Source of the DNA: Antedon mediterranea
Lineage: Eukaryota; Animalia; Echinodermata
Assembly (NCBI RefSeq): GCF_964355755.1
Contig: NC_092678.1
Location: forward strand, 10,352,352 to 10,416,351
Length of the DNA: 64,000 bases
Direction: 5' to 3'
In this document: piece after piece, positions 25,680 through 40,300 of the stretch
Layout of the letters: each line of letters starts with the position of its first letter
Position numbering within the stretch: the first letter of the stretch is position 1
Made by a program: the position numbers and the translations under genes
Notes under the pieces: generated by a model
What the model was told of the DNA's origin: nothing
Databases searched by the model: none
What the model saw: the letters and a program-made list of their open reading frames with translations, nothing else

Positions 25680-28600
25680 TACACTTTGATGTTTTGTGTT
25701 AAAAAGTTTTGTCGAAATGCTCAAAATGGTTTAAAACGTTTTTAAAACGATATTAAGCTATTTTGTGCTCTTTGATGTTTTTGTGTAACCAAGTTTCATC
25801 GAAATGAACAAAATGGTCTAAAACGTCTCCAAATGCGATTTGAAGCTTTTCCAAGCACTTTGCTGTTTTTATGTTAACAAGTTTTTTCGAAAATCACAAA
25901 ATTGTCTAAAACGTCTCAAAAAGCGATTTGAAGGTATTCTGAGCACTTTGGTGTTTTTGTGTGAAAAGTTTTAACGAAAAGCTCAAAATGGTCTAAAACG
26001 GTTCTAATGTGATTTTAAGCACTTTGATGTTTTTGTACAACCAAGTTTCATCGAAATGCTCAAAATGGTCTAAAACGTTTTTAAAACGATATTAAGCTAT
26101 TTTGTGCTCTTTGATGTTTTTGTGTAACCAAGTTTTTTCGAAAATCACAAAATGGTCTAAAACGTCTCCAAATGCGATTTGAAGCTTTTCTTAGCACTTT
26201 GGTGTTTTTATGTTAACAAGTTTTTTCAAAAATCACAAAATGGTCTAAAACGTCTCCAAATGCGATTTGAAGATATTCTGAGCACTTTGGTGTTTTTCTG
26301 TTAAAAAGTATTTTCGAAAATCACAAAATGGTCTAAAACGTCTCCAAATGCAATTTGAAGCTATTCTGTACACTTTGATGTTTTGTGTGAAAAAGTTTTG
26401 TCAAAATGCTCAAAATGGTCTAAAACGTTTTTAAAACGATATTAAGCTATTTTGTGCTCTTTGATGTTTTTGTATAACCAAGTTTTTTCGAAAATCACAA
26501 AATGGTCTAAAACGTCTCCAAATGCGATTTGAAGCTTTTCTAAACACTTTGGTGTTTTTATGTTAACAAGTTTTTTCGAAAATCACAAAATGGTCTAAAA
26601 CGTCTCCAAATCCGATTTGAAGCTATTCTGTACACTTTGATGTTTTGTGTGAAAAAGTTTTGTCGAAATGCTCAAAATGGTCTAAAACGTTTTTAAAACG
26701 ATATTAAGCTATTTTGTGCTCTTTGATGTTTTTGTGTAACCAAGTTTCATCGATATGAACAAAATGGTCTAAAACGTCTCAAAATGCGATTTGAAGGTAT
26801 TCTGAGCACTTTGGTGTTTTTGGGTGAAAAGTTTTAACGAAATGCTCAAAATGGTCTAAAACGGTTTCTAATGTGATTTTAAGCACTTTGAAGTATTTGT
26901 AAAAACAAGTTTCATCGAAATGCACAAAATAGTCTAAAACGTCTCCAAATGCGATTTGAAGCTTTTCTAAGCACTTTGGTGTTTTTATGTTAACAAGTTT
27001 TTTCGAAAATCACAAAATGGTCTAAAACGTCTCCAAATGCGATTTGAAGATATTCTGAGCACTTTGGTGTTTTTATGTTAAAAAGTATTTTCGAAAATCA
27101 CAAAATGGTCTAAAACGTCTCCAAATGCGATTTGAAGCTCTTCTGTACACTTTGATGTTTTGTGTGAAAAAGTTTAGTCGAAATGCTCAAAATGGTCTAA
27201 AACGTTTTTAAAACGATATTAAGCTATTTTGTGCTCTTTGATGTTTTTGTGTAACCAAGTTTCATCGAAAATCACAAAATGGTCTAAAACGTCTCCAAAT
27301 GCGATTTGAAGCTTTTCCAAGCACTTTGCTGTTTTTATGTTAACAAGTTTTTTCGAAAATCACAAAATGGTCTAAAACGTCTCAAAATACGATATTAAGC
27401 TGTTTTGTGCACTTTGATGATTTGTGTGAAAAGTTTTAACGAAATGCTCAAAATGGTCTAAAACGGTTTCTAATGTGATTTTAAGCACTTTGATGTTTTT
27501 ATGTAGCCAAGTTTTTTCGAAAATCACAAAATGGTCAAAAACGTCTCCAAATGCGATTTGAAGCTTTTCTAAGCACTTTGGTGTTTTTATGTTAACAAGT
27601 TTTTTCGAAAATCACAAAATGGTCTAAAACGTCTCCAAATGCGATTTGAAGATATTCTGAGCACTTTGGTGTTTTTATGTTAAAAAGTTTTTTCGAAAAT
27701 CACAAAATGGTCTAAAACGTCTCCAAATGCGATTTGAAGATATTCTAAGCACTTTGGTGTTTTTATGTTAACAAGTTTTTTCGAAAATCACAAAATGGTC
27801 TAAAACGTCTCCAAATGCGATTTGAAGATATTCTGAGCACTTTGGTGTTTTTCTGTTAAAAAGTATTTTCGAAAATCACAAAATGGTCTAAAACGTCTCC
27901 AAATGCAATTTGAAGCTATTCTGTACACTTTGATGTTTTGTGTGAAAAAGTTTTGTCAAAAGGCTCAAAATGGTCTAAAACGTTTTTAAAACGATATTAA
28001 GCTATTTTGTGCTCTTTGATGTTTTTGTATAACCAAGTTTTTTCGAAAATCACAAAATGGTCTAAAACGTCTCCAAATGCGATTTGAAGCTTTTCTAAAC
28101 ACTTTGGTGTTTTTATGTTAACAAGTTTTTTCGAAAATCACAAAATGGTCTAAAACGTCTCCAAATCCGATTTGAAGCTATTCTGTACACTTTGATGTTT
28201 TGTGTGAAAAAGTTTTGTCGAAATGCTCAAAATGGTCTAAAACGTTTTTAAAACGATATTAAGCTATTTTGTGCTCTTTGATGTTTTTGTGTAACCAAGT
28301 TTCATCGATATGAACAAAATGGTCTAAAACGTCTCCAAATGCGATTTGAAGCTTTTCCAAGCACTTTGCTGTTTTTATGTTAACAAGTTTTTTCGAAAAT
28401 CACAAAATTGTCTAAAACGTCTCAAAATGCGATTTGAAGGTATTCTTAGCACTTTGGTGTTTTTGTGTGAAAAGTTTTAACGAAAAGCTCAAAATGGTCT
28501 AAAACGGTTCTAATGTGATTTTAAGCACTTTGATGTTTTTGTACAACCAAGTTTCATCGAAATGCTCAAAATGGTCTAAAACGTTTTTAAAACGATATTA

Positions 28601-31600
28601 AGCTATTTTGTGCTCTTTGATGTTTTTGTGTAACCAAGTTTTTTCGAAAATCACAAAATGGTCTAAAACGTCTCCAAATGCGATTTGAAGCTTTTCTAAG
28701 CACTTTGGTGTTTTTATGTTAACAAGTTTTTTCGAAAATCACAAAATGGTCTAAAACGTCTCCAAATGCGATTTGAAGATATTCTGAGCACTTTGGTGTT
28801 TTTCTGTTAAAAAGTATTTTCGAAAATCACAAAATGGTCTAAAACGTCTCCAAATGCAATTTGAAGCTATTCTGTACACTTTGATGTTTTGTGTGAAAAA
28901 GTTTTGTCAAAATGCTCAAAATGGTCTAAAACGTTTTTAAAACGATATTAAGCTATTTTGTGCTCTTTGATGTTTTTGTATAACCAAGTTTTTTCGAAAA
29001 TCACAAAATGGTCTAAAACGTCTCCAAATGCGATTTGAAGCTTTTCTAAACACTTTGGTGTTTTTATGTTAACAAGTTTTTTCGAAAATCACAAAATGGT
29101 CTAAAACGTCTCCAAATCCGATTTGAAGCTATTCTGTACACTTTGATGTTTTGTGTGAAAAAGTTTTGTCGAAATGCTCAAAATGGTCTAAAACGTTTTT
29201 AAAACGATATTAAGCTATTTTGTGCTCTTTGATGTTTTTGTGTAACCAAGTTTCATCGATATGAACAAAATGGTCTAAAACGTCTCAAAATGCGATTTGA
29301 AGGTATTCTGAGCACTTTGGTGTTTTTGGGTGAAAAGTTTTAACGAAATGCTCAAAATGGTCTAAAACGGTTTCTAATGTGATTTTAAGCACTTTGAAGT
29401 ATTTGTAAAAACAAGTTTCATCGAAATGCACAAAATAGTCTAAAACGTCTCCAAATGCGATTTGAAGCTTTTCTAAGCACTTTGGTGTTTTTATGTTAAC
29501 AAGTTTTTTCGAAAATCACAAAATGGTCTAAAACGTCTCCAAATGCGATTTGAAGATATTCTGAGCACTTTGGTGTTTTTATGTTAAAAAGTATTTTCGA
29601 AAATCACAAAATGGTCTAAAACGTCTCCAAATGCGATTTGAAGCTCTTCTTTACACTTTGATGTTTTTTGTGAAAAAGTTTAGTCGAAATGCTCAAAATG
29701 GTCTATAACGTTTTTAAAACGATATTAAGCTATTTTGTGCTCTTTGATGTTTTTGTGTAACCAAGTTTCATCGAAAATCACAAAATGGTCTAAAACGTCT
29801 CCAAATGCGATTTGAAGATATTCTGAGCACTTTGGTGTTTTTATGTTAACAAGTTTTTTCGAAAATCACAAAATGGTCTAAAACGTCTCCAAATGCGATT
29901 TGAAGATATTCTGAGCACTTTGGTGTTTTTATGTTAAAAAGTTTTTTCGAAAATCACAAAATGGTCTAAAACGTCTCCAAATGCGATTTGAAGCTATTCT
30001 ATACACTTTGATGTTTTGTGTTAAAAAGTTTTGTCGAAATGCTCAAAATGGTTTAAAACGTTTTTAAAACGATATTAAGCTATTTTGTGCTCTTTGATGT
30101 TTTTGTGTAACCAAGTTTCATCGAAATGAACAAAATCGTCTAAAACGTCTCCAAATGCGATTTGAAGCTTTTCCAAGCACTTTGCTGTTTTTATGTTAAC
30201 AAGTTTTTTCGAAAATCACAAAATTGTCTAAAACGTCTCAAAAAGCGATTTGAAGGTATTCTGAGCACTTTGGTGTTTTTGTGTGAAAAGTTTTAACGAA
30301 AAGCTCAAAATGGTCTAAAACGGTTCTAATGTGATTTTAAGCACTTTGATGTTTTTGTACAACCAAGTTTCATCGAAATGCTCAAAATGGTCTAAAACGT
30401 TTTTAAAACGATATTAAGCTATTTTGTGCTCTTTGATGTTTTTGTGTAACCAAGTTTTTTCGAAAATCACAAAATGGTCTAAAACGTCTCCAAATGCGAT
30501 TTGAAGCTTTTCTAAGCACTTTGGTGTTTTTATGTTAACAAGTTTTTTCAAAAATCACAAAATGGTCTAAAACGTCTCCAAATGCGATTTGAAGATATTC
30601 TGAGCACTTTGGTGTTTTTCTGTTAAAAAGTATTTTCGAAAATCACAAAATGGTCTAAAACGTCTCCAAATGCAATTTGAAGCTATTCTGTACACTTTGA
30701 TGTTTTGTGTGAAAAAGTTTTGTCAAAATGCTCAAAATGGTCTAAAACGTTTTTAAAACGATATTAAGCTATTTTGTGCTCTTTGATGTTTTTGTATAAC
30801 CAAGTTTTTTCGAAAATCACAAAATGGTCTAAAACGTCTCCAAATGCGATTTGAAGCTTTTCTAAACACTTTGGTGTTTTTATGTTAACAAGTTTTTTCG
30901 AAAATCACAAAATGGTCTAAAACGTCTCCAAATCCGATTTGAAGCTATTCTGTACACTTTGATGTTTTGTGTGAAAAAGTTTTGTCGAAATGCTCAAAAT
31001 GGTCTAAAACGTTTTTAAAACGATATTAAGCTATTTTGTGCTCTTTGATGTTTTTGTGTAACCAAGTTTCATCGATATGAACAAAATGGTCTAAAACGTC
31101 TCAAAATGCGATTTGAAGGTATTCTGAGCACTTTGGTGTTTTTGGGTGAAAAGTTTTAACGAAATGCTCAAAATGGTCTAAAACGGTTTCTAATGTGATT
31201 TTAAGCACTTTGAAGTATTTGTAAAAACAAGTTTCATCGAAATGCACAAAATAGTCTAAAACGTCTCCAAATGCGATTTGAAGCTTTTCTAAGCACTTTG
31301 GTGTTTTTATGTTAACAAGTTTTTTCGAAAATCACAAAATGGTCTAAAACGTCTCCAAATGCGATTTGAAGATATTCTGAGCACTTTGGTGTTTTTATGT
31401 TAAAAAGTATTTTCGAAAATCACAAAATGGTCTAAAACGTCTCCAAATGCGATTTGAAGCTCTTCTGTACACTTTGATGTTTTGTGTGAAAAAGTTTAGT
31501 CGAAATGCTCAAAATGGTCTAAAACGTTTTTAAAACGATATTAAGCTATTTTGTGCTCTTTGATGTTTTTGTGTAACCAAGTTTCATCGAAAATCACAAA

Positions 31601-31956
31601 ATGGTCTAAAACGTCTCCAAATGCGATTTGAAGCTTTTCCAAGCACTTTGCTGTTTTTATGTTAACAAGTTTTTTCGAAAATCACAAAATGGTCTAAAAC
31701 GTCTCAAAATACGATATTAAGCTGTTTTGTGCACTTTGATGATTTGTGTGAAAAGTTTTAACGAAATGCTCAAAATGGTCTAAAACGGTTTCTAATGTGA
31801 TTTTAAGCACTTTGATGTTTTTATGTAGCCAAGTTTTTTCGAAAATCACAAAATGGTCAAAAACGTCTCCAAATGCGATTTGAAGCTTTTCTAAGCACTT
31901 TGGTGTTTTTATGTTAACAAGTTTTTTCGAAAATCACAAAATGGTCTAAAACGTCT
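23280..31956. repeat. Direct tandem duplication, unit 4,322 bp
   Basis: AAAAGGCTC at 23641/27963; CAAAAAGCG at 25921/30243; GGGTG markers at 25006/29328 and 26822/31144. Confidence 0.92.
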
Positions 31957-34900
31957 TCAAATGCGATTTGAAGATATTCTGAGCACTTTGGTGTTTTTCT
32001 GTTAAAAAGTATTTTCGAAAATCACAAAATGGTCTATAACGTCTCCAAATGCGATTTGAAGCTATTCTGTACACTTTGATGTTTTGTGTGAAAAAGTTTT
32101 GTCAAAATGCTCAAAATGGTCTAAAACGTTTTTAAAACGATATTAAGCTATTTTGTGCTCTTTGATGTGTTTGTATAACCAAGTTTTTTCGAAAATCACA
32201 AAATGGTCTAAAACGTCTCCAAATGCGATTTAAAGCTATTCTAGACACTTTGATGTTTTGTGTGAAAAATTTTCTCGAAATGCTCAAAATGGTCTAAAAC
32301 GTTTTCCAATACCATTATTAAGCTATTTTGTGCAATTTGATGTTTTTGTGTAACCAAGTTTTTTGAAATGCGATTTGAAGATATTCTGAGGACTTTGGTG
32401 TTTTTATGTTAAAAAGTTTTTTCGAAAATCACAAAATGGTCTAAAACGTCTCCAAATGCGATTTGAAGATATTCTGAGCACTTTGGTGTTTTTATGTTAA
32501 AAAGTTTTTTGGAAAATCACAAAATGGTCTAAAACGACTCCAAATGCGATTTGAAGCTATCCTGTACACTTTGATGTTTTGTGTGAAAAAGTTTTGTCGA
32601 AATGCTCAAAATGATCTAAAACGTTTTTAAAACGATATTAAGCTATTTTGTGCTCTTTGATGTTTTTGTGTATCCAAGTTTCATCGAAATGAACAAAATG
32701 GTCTAAAACGTTTTTAAATACCATATTAAGCTGTTTTGTGCACTTTGATGATTTGTGTGAAAAGTTTTAACGAAATGCTCAAAATAGTCTAAAACGGTTT
32801 CTAATGTGATTTTAAGCACTTTGATGTTTTTGTGTAACCAAGTTTTATCGAAATGAACAAAATGGTCTAAAACGTCTCCAAATGCGATTTGAAGCTTTTC
32901 CAAGCACTTTGCTGTTTTTATATTAGGTTTTTTCGAAAATCACAAAATGGTCTAAAACGTCTCTAAATGCGATTTGAAGGTATTCTGAGCAATTTGGTGT
33001 TTTTGTGTGAAAAGTTTTAACGAAATGCTCAAAATTGTCTAAAACGGTTTCTAATGTGATTTTAAGCACTTTGATGTTTTTGTAAAACCAAGTTTCATCG
33101 AAATGCACAAAATGGTCTAAAACGTCTCCAAATGCGATTTGAAGCTATTCTGTACACTTTGATGTTTTGTGTGAAAAAAGTTTTGTCGAAATGCTCAAAA
33201 TGGTCTAAAACGTTTTTAAAACGATATTAAGCTATTTTGTGCTCTTTGATGTTTTTGTGTAACCAAGTTTCATCGAAAATCACAAAATGGTCTAAAACGT
33301 CTCAAAATGCGATTTGAAGGTATTCTGAGCACTTTGGTGTTTTTGTGTGAAAAGTTTTAACGAAATGCTCAAAATTGTCTAAAACGGTTTCTAATGTGAT
33401 TTTAAGCACTTTGATGTTTTTGTAAAACCAAGTTTCATCGAAATGCACAAAATGGTCTAAAATGTCTCCAAATGCGATTTGAAGCTTTTCCAAGCACTTT
33501 GCTGTTTTTATGTTAACAAGCTTTTTCGAAAATCACAAAATGGTCTAAAACGTCTCCAAATGTGATTTGAAGATATTCTGAGCACTTTGGTATTTTTATG
33601 TTAAAAAGTTTTTTCGAAAATCACAAAATGGTCTAAAACGTCTCCAAATGCGATTTGAAGATATTCTGAGCACTTTGGTGTTTTTATGTTAAAAAGTTTT
33701 TTCGAAAATCACAAAATGGTCTAAAACGTCTCCAAATGCGATTTGAAGCTATTCTGTACACTTTGATGTTTTGTGTGAAAAAGTTTTGTCGAAATGCTCA
33801 AAATGGTTTAAAACGTTTTTAAAACGATATTAAGCTATTTTGTGCTCTTTGATGTTTTTGTATAACCAAGTTTCATCGAAATGCACAAAATGGTCTAAAA
33901 CGTCTCCAAATACGATTTGAAGCTTTTCCAAGCACTTTGCTGTTTTTATGTTAACAAGTTTTTTCGAAAATCACAAAATTGTCTAAAACGTCTCAAAATG
34001 CGATTTGAAGGTATTCTGAGCACTTTGGTGTTTTTGTGTGAAAAGTTTTAACGAAAAGCTCAAAATGGTCTAAAACGGTTCTAATGTGATTTTAAGCACT
34101 TTGATGTTTTTGTACAACCAAGTTTCATCGAAATGCTCAAAATGGTCTAAAACGTTTTTAAAACGATATTAAGCTATTTTGTGCTCTTTGATGTTTTTGT
34201 GTAACCAAGTTTTTTTCGAAAATCACAAAATGGTCTAAAACGTCTCCAAATGCGATTTGAAGCTTTTCTAAGCACTTTGGTGTTTTTATGTTAACAAGTT
34301 TTTTCGAAAATCGCAAAATGGTCTAAAACGTCTCAAAATGCGATTTGAAGGTATTCTGAGCACTTTGGTGTTTTTGTGTGAAAAGTTTTAACGAAATGCT
34401 CAAAATGGTCTAAAACGGTTTCTAATGTGATTTTAACCACTTTGATGTTTTTGTGTAACCAAGTTCTTTTCGAAAATCACAAAATGGTCTAAAACGTCTC
34501 CAAATGCGATTTGAAGCTTTTCTAAGCACTTTGGTGTTTTTATGTTAACAAGTTTTTTCGAAAATCACAAAATGGTCTAAAACGTCTCAAAATGCGATTT
34601 GAAGGTATTCTGAGCACTTTGGTGTTTTTGTGTGAAAAGTTTTAACGAAATGCTCAAAATGGTCTAAAACGGTTTCTAATGTGATTTTAACCACTTTGAT
34701 GTTTTTGTGTAACCAAGTTTTTTCGAAAATCACAAAATGGTCTAAAACGTCTCCAAATGCGATTTGAAGCTTTTCTAAGCACTTTGGTGTTTTTATGTTA
34801 ACAAGTTTTTTCGAAAATCACAAAATGGTCTAAAACGTCTCCAAATGCGATTTGAAGCTATTCTGTACACTTTGATGTTTTGTGTGAAAAAAGTTTTGTC

Positions 34901-35584
34901 GAAATGCTCAAAATGGTCTAAAACGTTTTTAAAACGATATTAAGCTATTTTGTGCTCTTTGATGTTTTTGTGTAACCAAGTTTTATCGAAATGAACAAAA
35001 TGTTCTAAAACGTCTCCAAATGCGATTTGAAGGTATTCTGAGCACTTTGGTGTTTTTGTGTGAAAAGTTTTAACGAAATGCTCAAAATTGTCTAAAACGG
35101 TTTCTAATGTGATTTTAAGCACTTTGATGTTTTTGTAAAACCAAGTTTCATCGAAATGCACAAAATGGTCTAAAACGTCTCCAAATGCGATTTGAAGCTT
35201 TTCCAAGCACTTTGCTGTTTTTATGTTAACAAGCTTTTTCGAAAATCACAAAATGGTCTAAAACGTCTCCAAATGCGATTTGAAGATATTCTGAGCACTT
35301 TGGTGTTTTTATGTTAAAAAGTTTTTTCGAAAATCACAAAATGGTCTAAAACGTCTCCAAATGCGATTTGAAGCTCTTCTGTACACTTTGATGTTTTGTG
35401 TGAAAAAGTTTTGTCAAAATGCTCAAAATGGTCTAAAACGTTTTTAAAACGATATTAAGCTATTTTGTGCTCTTTGATGTTTTTGTATAACCAAGTTTTT
35501 TCGAAAATCACAAAATTGTCTAAAACGTCTCCAAATGCGATTTGAAGATATTCTGAGCACTTTGGTGTTTTTATGTTAAAAAGT

Positions 35585-37330
35585 TTTTTCGAAAATCACA
35601 AAATGGTCTAAAACGTCTCCAAATGCGATTTGAAGATATTCTGAGCACTTTGGTGTTTTTATGTTAAAAAGTTTTTTCGAAAATCACAAAATGGTCTAAA
35701 ACGTCTCCAAATGCGATTTGAAGCTATTCTGTACACTTTGATGTTTTGTGTGAAAAAGTTTTGTCGAAATGCTCAAAATGGTTTAAAACGTTTTTAAAAC
35801 GATATTAAGCTATTTTGTGCTCTTTGATGTTTTTGTGTAACCAAGTTTTTTTCGAAAATCACAAAATGGTCTAAAACGTCTCCAAATGCGATTTGAAGCT
35901 TTTCTAAGCACTTTGGTGTTTTTATGTTAACAAGTTTTTTCGAAAATCGCAAAATGGTCTAAAACGTCTCAAAATGCGATTTGAAGGTATTCTGAGCACT
36001 TTGGTGTTTTTTTGTGAAAAGTTTTAACGAAATGCTCAAAATGGTCTAAAACGGTTTCTAATGTGATTTTAACCACTTTGATGTTTTTGTGTAACCAAGT
36101 TCTTTTCGAAAATCACAAAATGGTCTAAAACGTCTCCAAATGCGATTTGAAGCTTTTCTAAGCACTTTGGTGTTTTTATGTTAACAAGTTTTTTCGAAAA
36201 TCACAAAATGGTCTAAAACGTCTCAAAATGCGATTTGAAGGTATTCTGAGCACTTTGGTGTTTTTGTGTGAAAAGTTTTAACGAAATGCTCAAAATGGTC
36301 TAAAACGGTTTCTAATGTGATTTTAACCACTTTGATGTTTTTGTGTAACCAAGTTTTATCGAAATGAACAAAATGTTCTAAAAAGTCTCCAAATGCGATT
36401 TGAAGCTTTTCCAAGCACTTTGCTGTTTTTATGTTAAGTTTTTTCGAAAATCACAAAATGGTCTAAAACGTCTCCAAATGCGATTTGAAGATATTCTGAG
36501 CACTTTGGTGTTTTTATGTTAAAAAGTTTTTTCGAAAATCACAAAATGGTCTAAAACGTCTCCAAATGCGATTTGAAGCTATTCTGTACACTTTGATGTT
36601 TTGTGTGAAAAAGTTTTGTCGAAATGCTCAAAATGGTTTAAAACGTTTTTAAAACGATATTAAGCTATTTTGTGCTCTTTGATGTTTTTGTGTAACCAAG
36701 TTTTTTTCGAAAATCACAAAATGGTCTAAAACGTCTCCAAATGCGATTTGAAGCTTTTCTAAGCACTTTGGTGTTTTTATGTTAACAAGTTTTTTCGAAA
36801 ATCGCAAAATGGTCTAAAACGTCTCAAAATGCGATTTGAAGGTATTCTGAGCACTTTGGTGTTTTTGTGTGAAAAGTTTTAACGAAATGCTCAAAATGGT
36901 CTAAAACGGTTTCTAATGTGATTTTAACCACTTTGATGTTTTTGTGTAACCAAGTTCTTTTCGAAAATCACAAAATGGTCTAAAACGTCTCCAAATGCGA
37001 TTTGAAGCTTTTCTAAGCACTTTGGTGTTTTTATGTTAACAAGTTTTTTCGAAAATCACAAAATGGTCTAAAACGTCTCAAAATGCGATTTGAAGGTATT
37101 CTGAGCACTTTGGTGTTTTTGTGTGAAAAGTTTTAACGAAATGCTCAAAATGGTCTAAAACGGTTTCTAATGTGATTTTAACCACTTTGATGTTTTTGTG
37201 TAACCAAGTTTTATCGAAATGAACAAAATGTTCTAAAAAGTCTCCAAATGCGATTTGAAGCTTTTCCAAGCACTTTGCTGTTTTTATGTTAAGTTTTTTC
37301 GAAAATCACAAAATGGTCTAAAACGTCTCT
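35585..37330. repeat. Direct tandem duplication, unit 855 bp (10 monomers)
   Basis: The private variant TGTTCTAAAAAGTCTCC occurs at about 36381 and 37236. ORFs 36223/37078 are identical. Confidence 0.88.
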
Positions 37331-40300
37331 AAATGCGATTTGAAGGTATTCTGAGCACTTTGGTGTTTTTGTGTGAAAAGTTTTAACGAAATGCTCAAAA
37401 TTGTCTAAAACGGTTTCTAATGTGATTTTAAGCACTTTGATGTTTTTGTAAAACCAAGTTTCATCGAAATGCACAAAATGGTCTAAAACGTCTCCAAATG
37501 CGATTTGAAGCTTTTCCAAGCACTTTGCTGTTTTTATGTTAACAAGCTTTTTCGAAAATCACAAAATGGTCTAAAACGTCTCCAAATGCGATTTGAAGAT
37601 ATTCTGAGCACTTTGGTGTTTTTATGTTAAAAAGTTTTTTCGAAAATCACAAAATGGTCTAAAACGTCTCCAAATGCGATTTGAAGCTCTTCTGTACACT
37701 TTGATGTTTTGTGTGAAAAAGTTTTGTCAAAATGCTCAAAATGGTCTAAAACGTTTTTAAAACGATATTAAGCTATTTTGTGCTCTTTGATGTTTTTGTA
37801 TAACCAAGTTTTTTCGAAAATCACAAAATTGTCTAAAACGTCTCCAAATGCGATTTGAAGATATTCTGAGCACTTTGGTGTTTTTATGTTAAAAAGTTTT
37901 TTCGAAAATCACAAAATGGTCTAAAACGTCTCCAAATGCGATTTGAAGATATTCTGAGCACTTTGGTGTTTTTATGTTAAAAAGTTTTTTCGAAAATCAC
38001 AAAATGGTCTAAAACGTCTCCAAATGCGATTTGAAGCTATTCTGTACACTTTGATGTTTTGTGTGAAAAAGTTTTGTCGAAATGCTCAAAATGGTTTAAA
38101 ACGTTTTTAAAACGATATTAAGCTATTTTGTGCTCTTTGATGTTTTTGTATAACCAAGTTTCATCGAAATGCACAAAATGGTCTAAAACGTCTCCAAATA
38201 CGATTTGAAGCTTTTCCAAGCACTTTGCTGTTTTTATGTTAACAAGTTTTTTCGAAAATCACAAAATTGTCTAAAACGTCTCAAAATGCGATTTGAAGGT
38301 ATTCTGAGCACTTTGGTGTTTTTGTGTGAAAAGTTTTAACGAAAAGCTCAAAATGGTCTAAAACGGTTCTAATGTGATTTTAAGCACTTTGATGTTTTTG
38401 TACAACCAAGTTTCATCGAAATGCTCAAAATGGTCTAAAACGTTTTTAAAACGATATTAAGCTATTTTGTGCTCTTTGATGTTTTTGTGTAACCAAGTTT
38501 TTTTCGAAAATCACAAAATGGTCTAAAACGTCTCCAAATGCGATTTGAAGCTTTTCTAAGCACTTTGGTGTTTTTATGTTAACAAGTTTTTTCGAAAATC
38601 GCAAAATGGTCTAAAACGTCTCAAAATGCGATTTGAAGGTATTCTGAGCACTTTGGTGTTTTTGTGTGAAAAGTTTTAACGAAATGCTCAAAATGGTCTA
38701 AAACGGTTTCTAATGTGATTTTAACCACTTTGATGTTTTTGTGTAACCAAGTTCTTTTCGAAAATCACAAAATGGTCTAAAACGTCTCCAAATGCGATTT
38801 GAAGCTTTTCTAAGCACTTTGGTGTTTTTATGTTAACAAGTTTTTTTCGAAAATCACAAAATGGTCTAAAACGTCTCAAAATGCGATTTGAAGGTATTCT
38901 GAGCACTTTGGTGTTTTTGTGTGAAAAGTTTTAACGAAATGCTCAAAATGGTCTAAAACGGTTTCTAATGTGATTTTAACCACTTTGATGTTTTTGTGTA
39001 ACCAAGTTTTTTCGAAAATCACAAAATGGTCTAAAACGTCTCCAAATGCGATTTGAAGCTTTTCTAAGCACTTTGGTGTTTTTATGTTAACAAGTTTTTT
39101 CGAAAATCACAAAATGGTCTAAAACGTCTCCAAATGCGATTTGAAGCTATTCTGTACACTTTGATGTTTTGTGTGAAAAAAGTTTTGTCGAAATGCTCAA
39201 AATGGTCTAAAACGTTTTTAAAACGATATTAAGCTATTTTGTGCTCTTTGATGTTTTTGTGTAACCAAGTTTTATCGAAATGAACAAAATGTTCTAAAAC
39301 GTCTCCAAATGCGATTTGAAGCTTTTCCAAGCACTTTGCTGTTTTTATGTTAAGTTTTTTCGAAAATCACAAAATGGTCTAAAACGTCTCTAAATGCGAT
39401 TTGAAGGTATTCTGAGCACTTTGGTGTTTTTGTGTGAAAAGTTTTAACGAAATGCTCAAAATTGTCTAAAACGGTTTCTAATGTGATTTTAAGCACTTTG
39501 ATGTTTTTGTAAAACCAAGTTTCATCGAAATGCACAAAATGGTCTAAAACGTCTCCAAATGCGATTTGAAGCTTTTCCAAGCACTTTGCTGTTTTTATGT
39601 TAACAAGCTTTTTCGAAAATCACAAAATGGTCTAAAACGTCTCCAAATGCGATTTGAAGCTATTCTGTACACTTTGATGTTTTGTGTGAAAAAGTTTTGT
39701 CGAAATGCTCAAAATGGTTTAAAACGTTTTTAAAACGATATTAAGTTATTTTGTGCTCTTTGATGTTTTTGTGTAACCAAGTTTCATCGAAATGAACAAA
39801 ATGGTCTAAAACGTCTCCAAATGCGATTTGAAGCTTTTCCAAGCACTTTGCTGTTTTTATGTTAACAAGTTTTTTCGAAAATCACAAAATGGTGTAAAAC
39901 GTCTCAAAATGCGATTTGAAGGTATTCTGAGCACTTTGGTGTTTTTGTGTGAAAAGTTTTAACGAAATGCTCAAAATGGTCTAAAACGGTTCTAATGTGA
40001 TTTTAAGCTATTCTAGACACTTTGATGTTTTGTGTGAAAAAGTTTTCTCGAAATGCTCAAAATGGTCTAAAACGTTTTCCAATACCACATTAAGCTATTT
40101 TGTGCAATTTGATGTTTTTGTGTAACCAAGTTTTTTGAAATGCGATTTGAAGATATTCTGAGGACTCTGGTGTTTTTATGTTAAAAAGTTTTTTCGAAAA
40201 TCACAAAATGGTCTAAAACGTCTCCAAATGCGATTTGAAGATATTCTGAGCACTTTGGTGTTTTTATGTTAAAAAGTTTTTTCGAAAATCACAAAATGGT

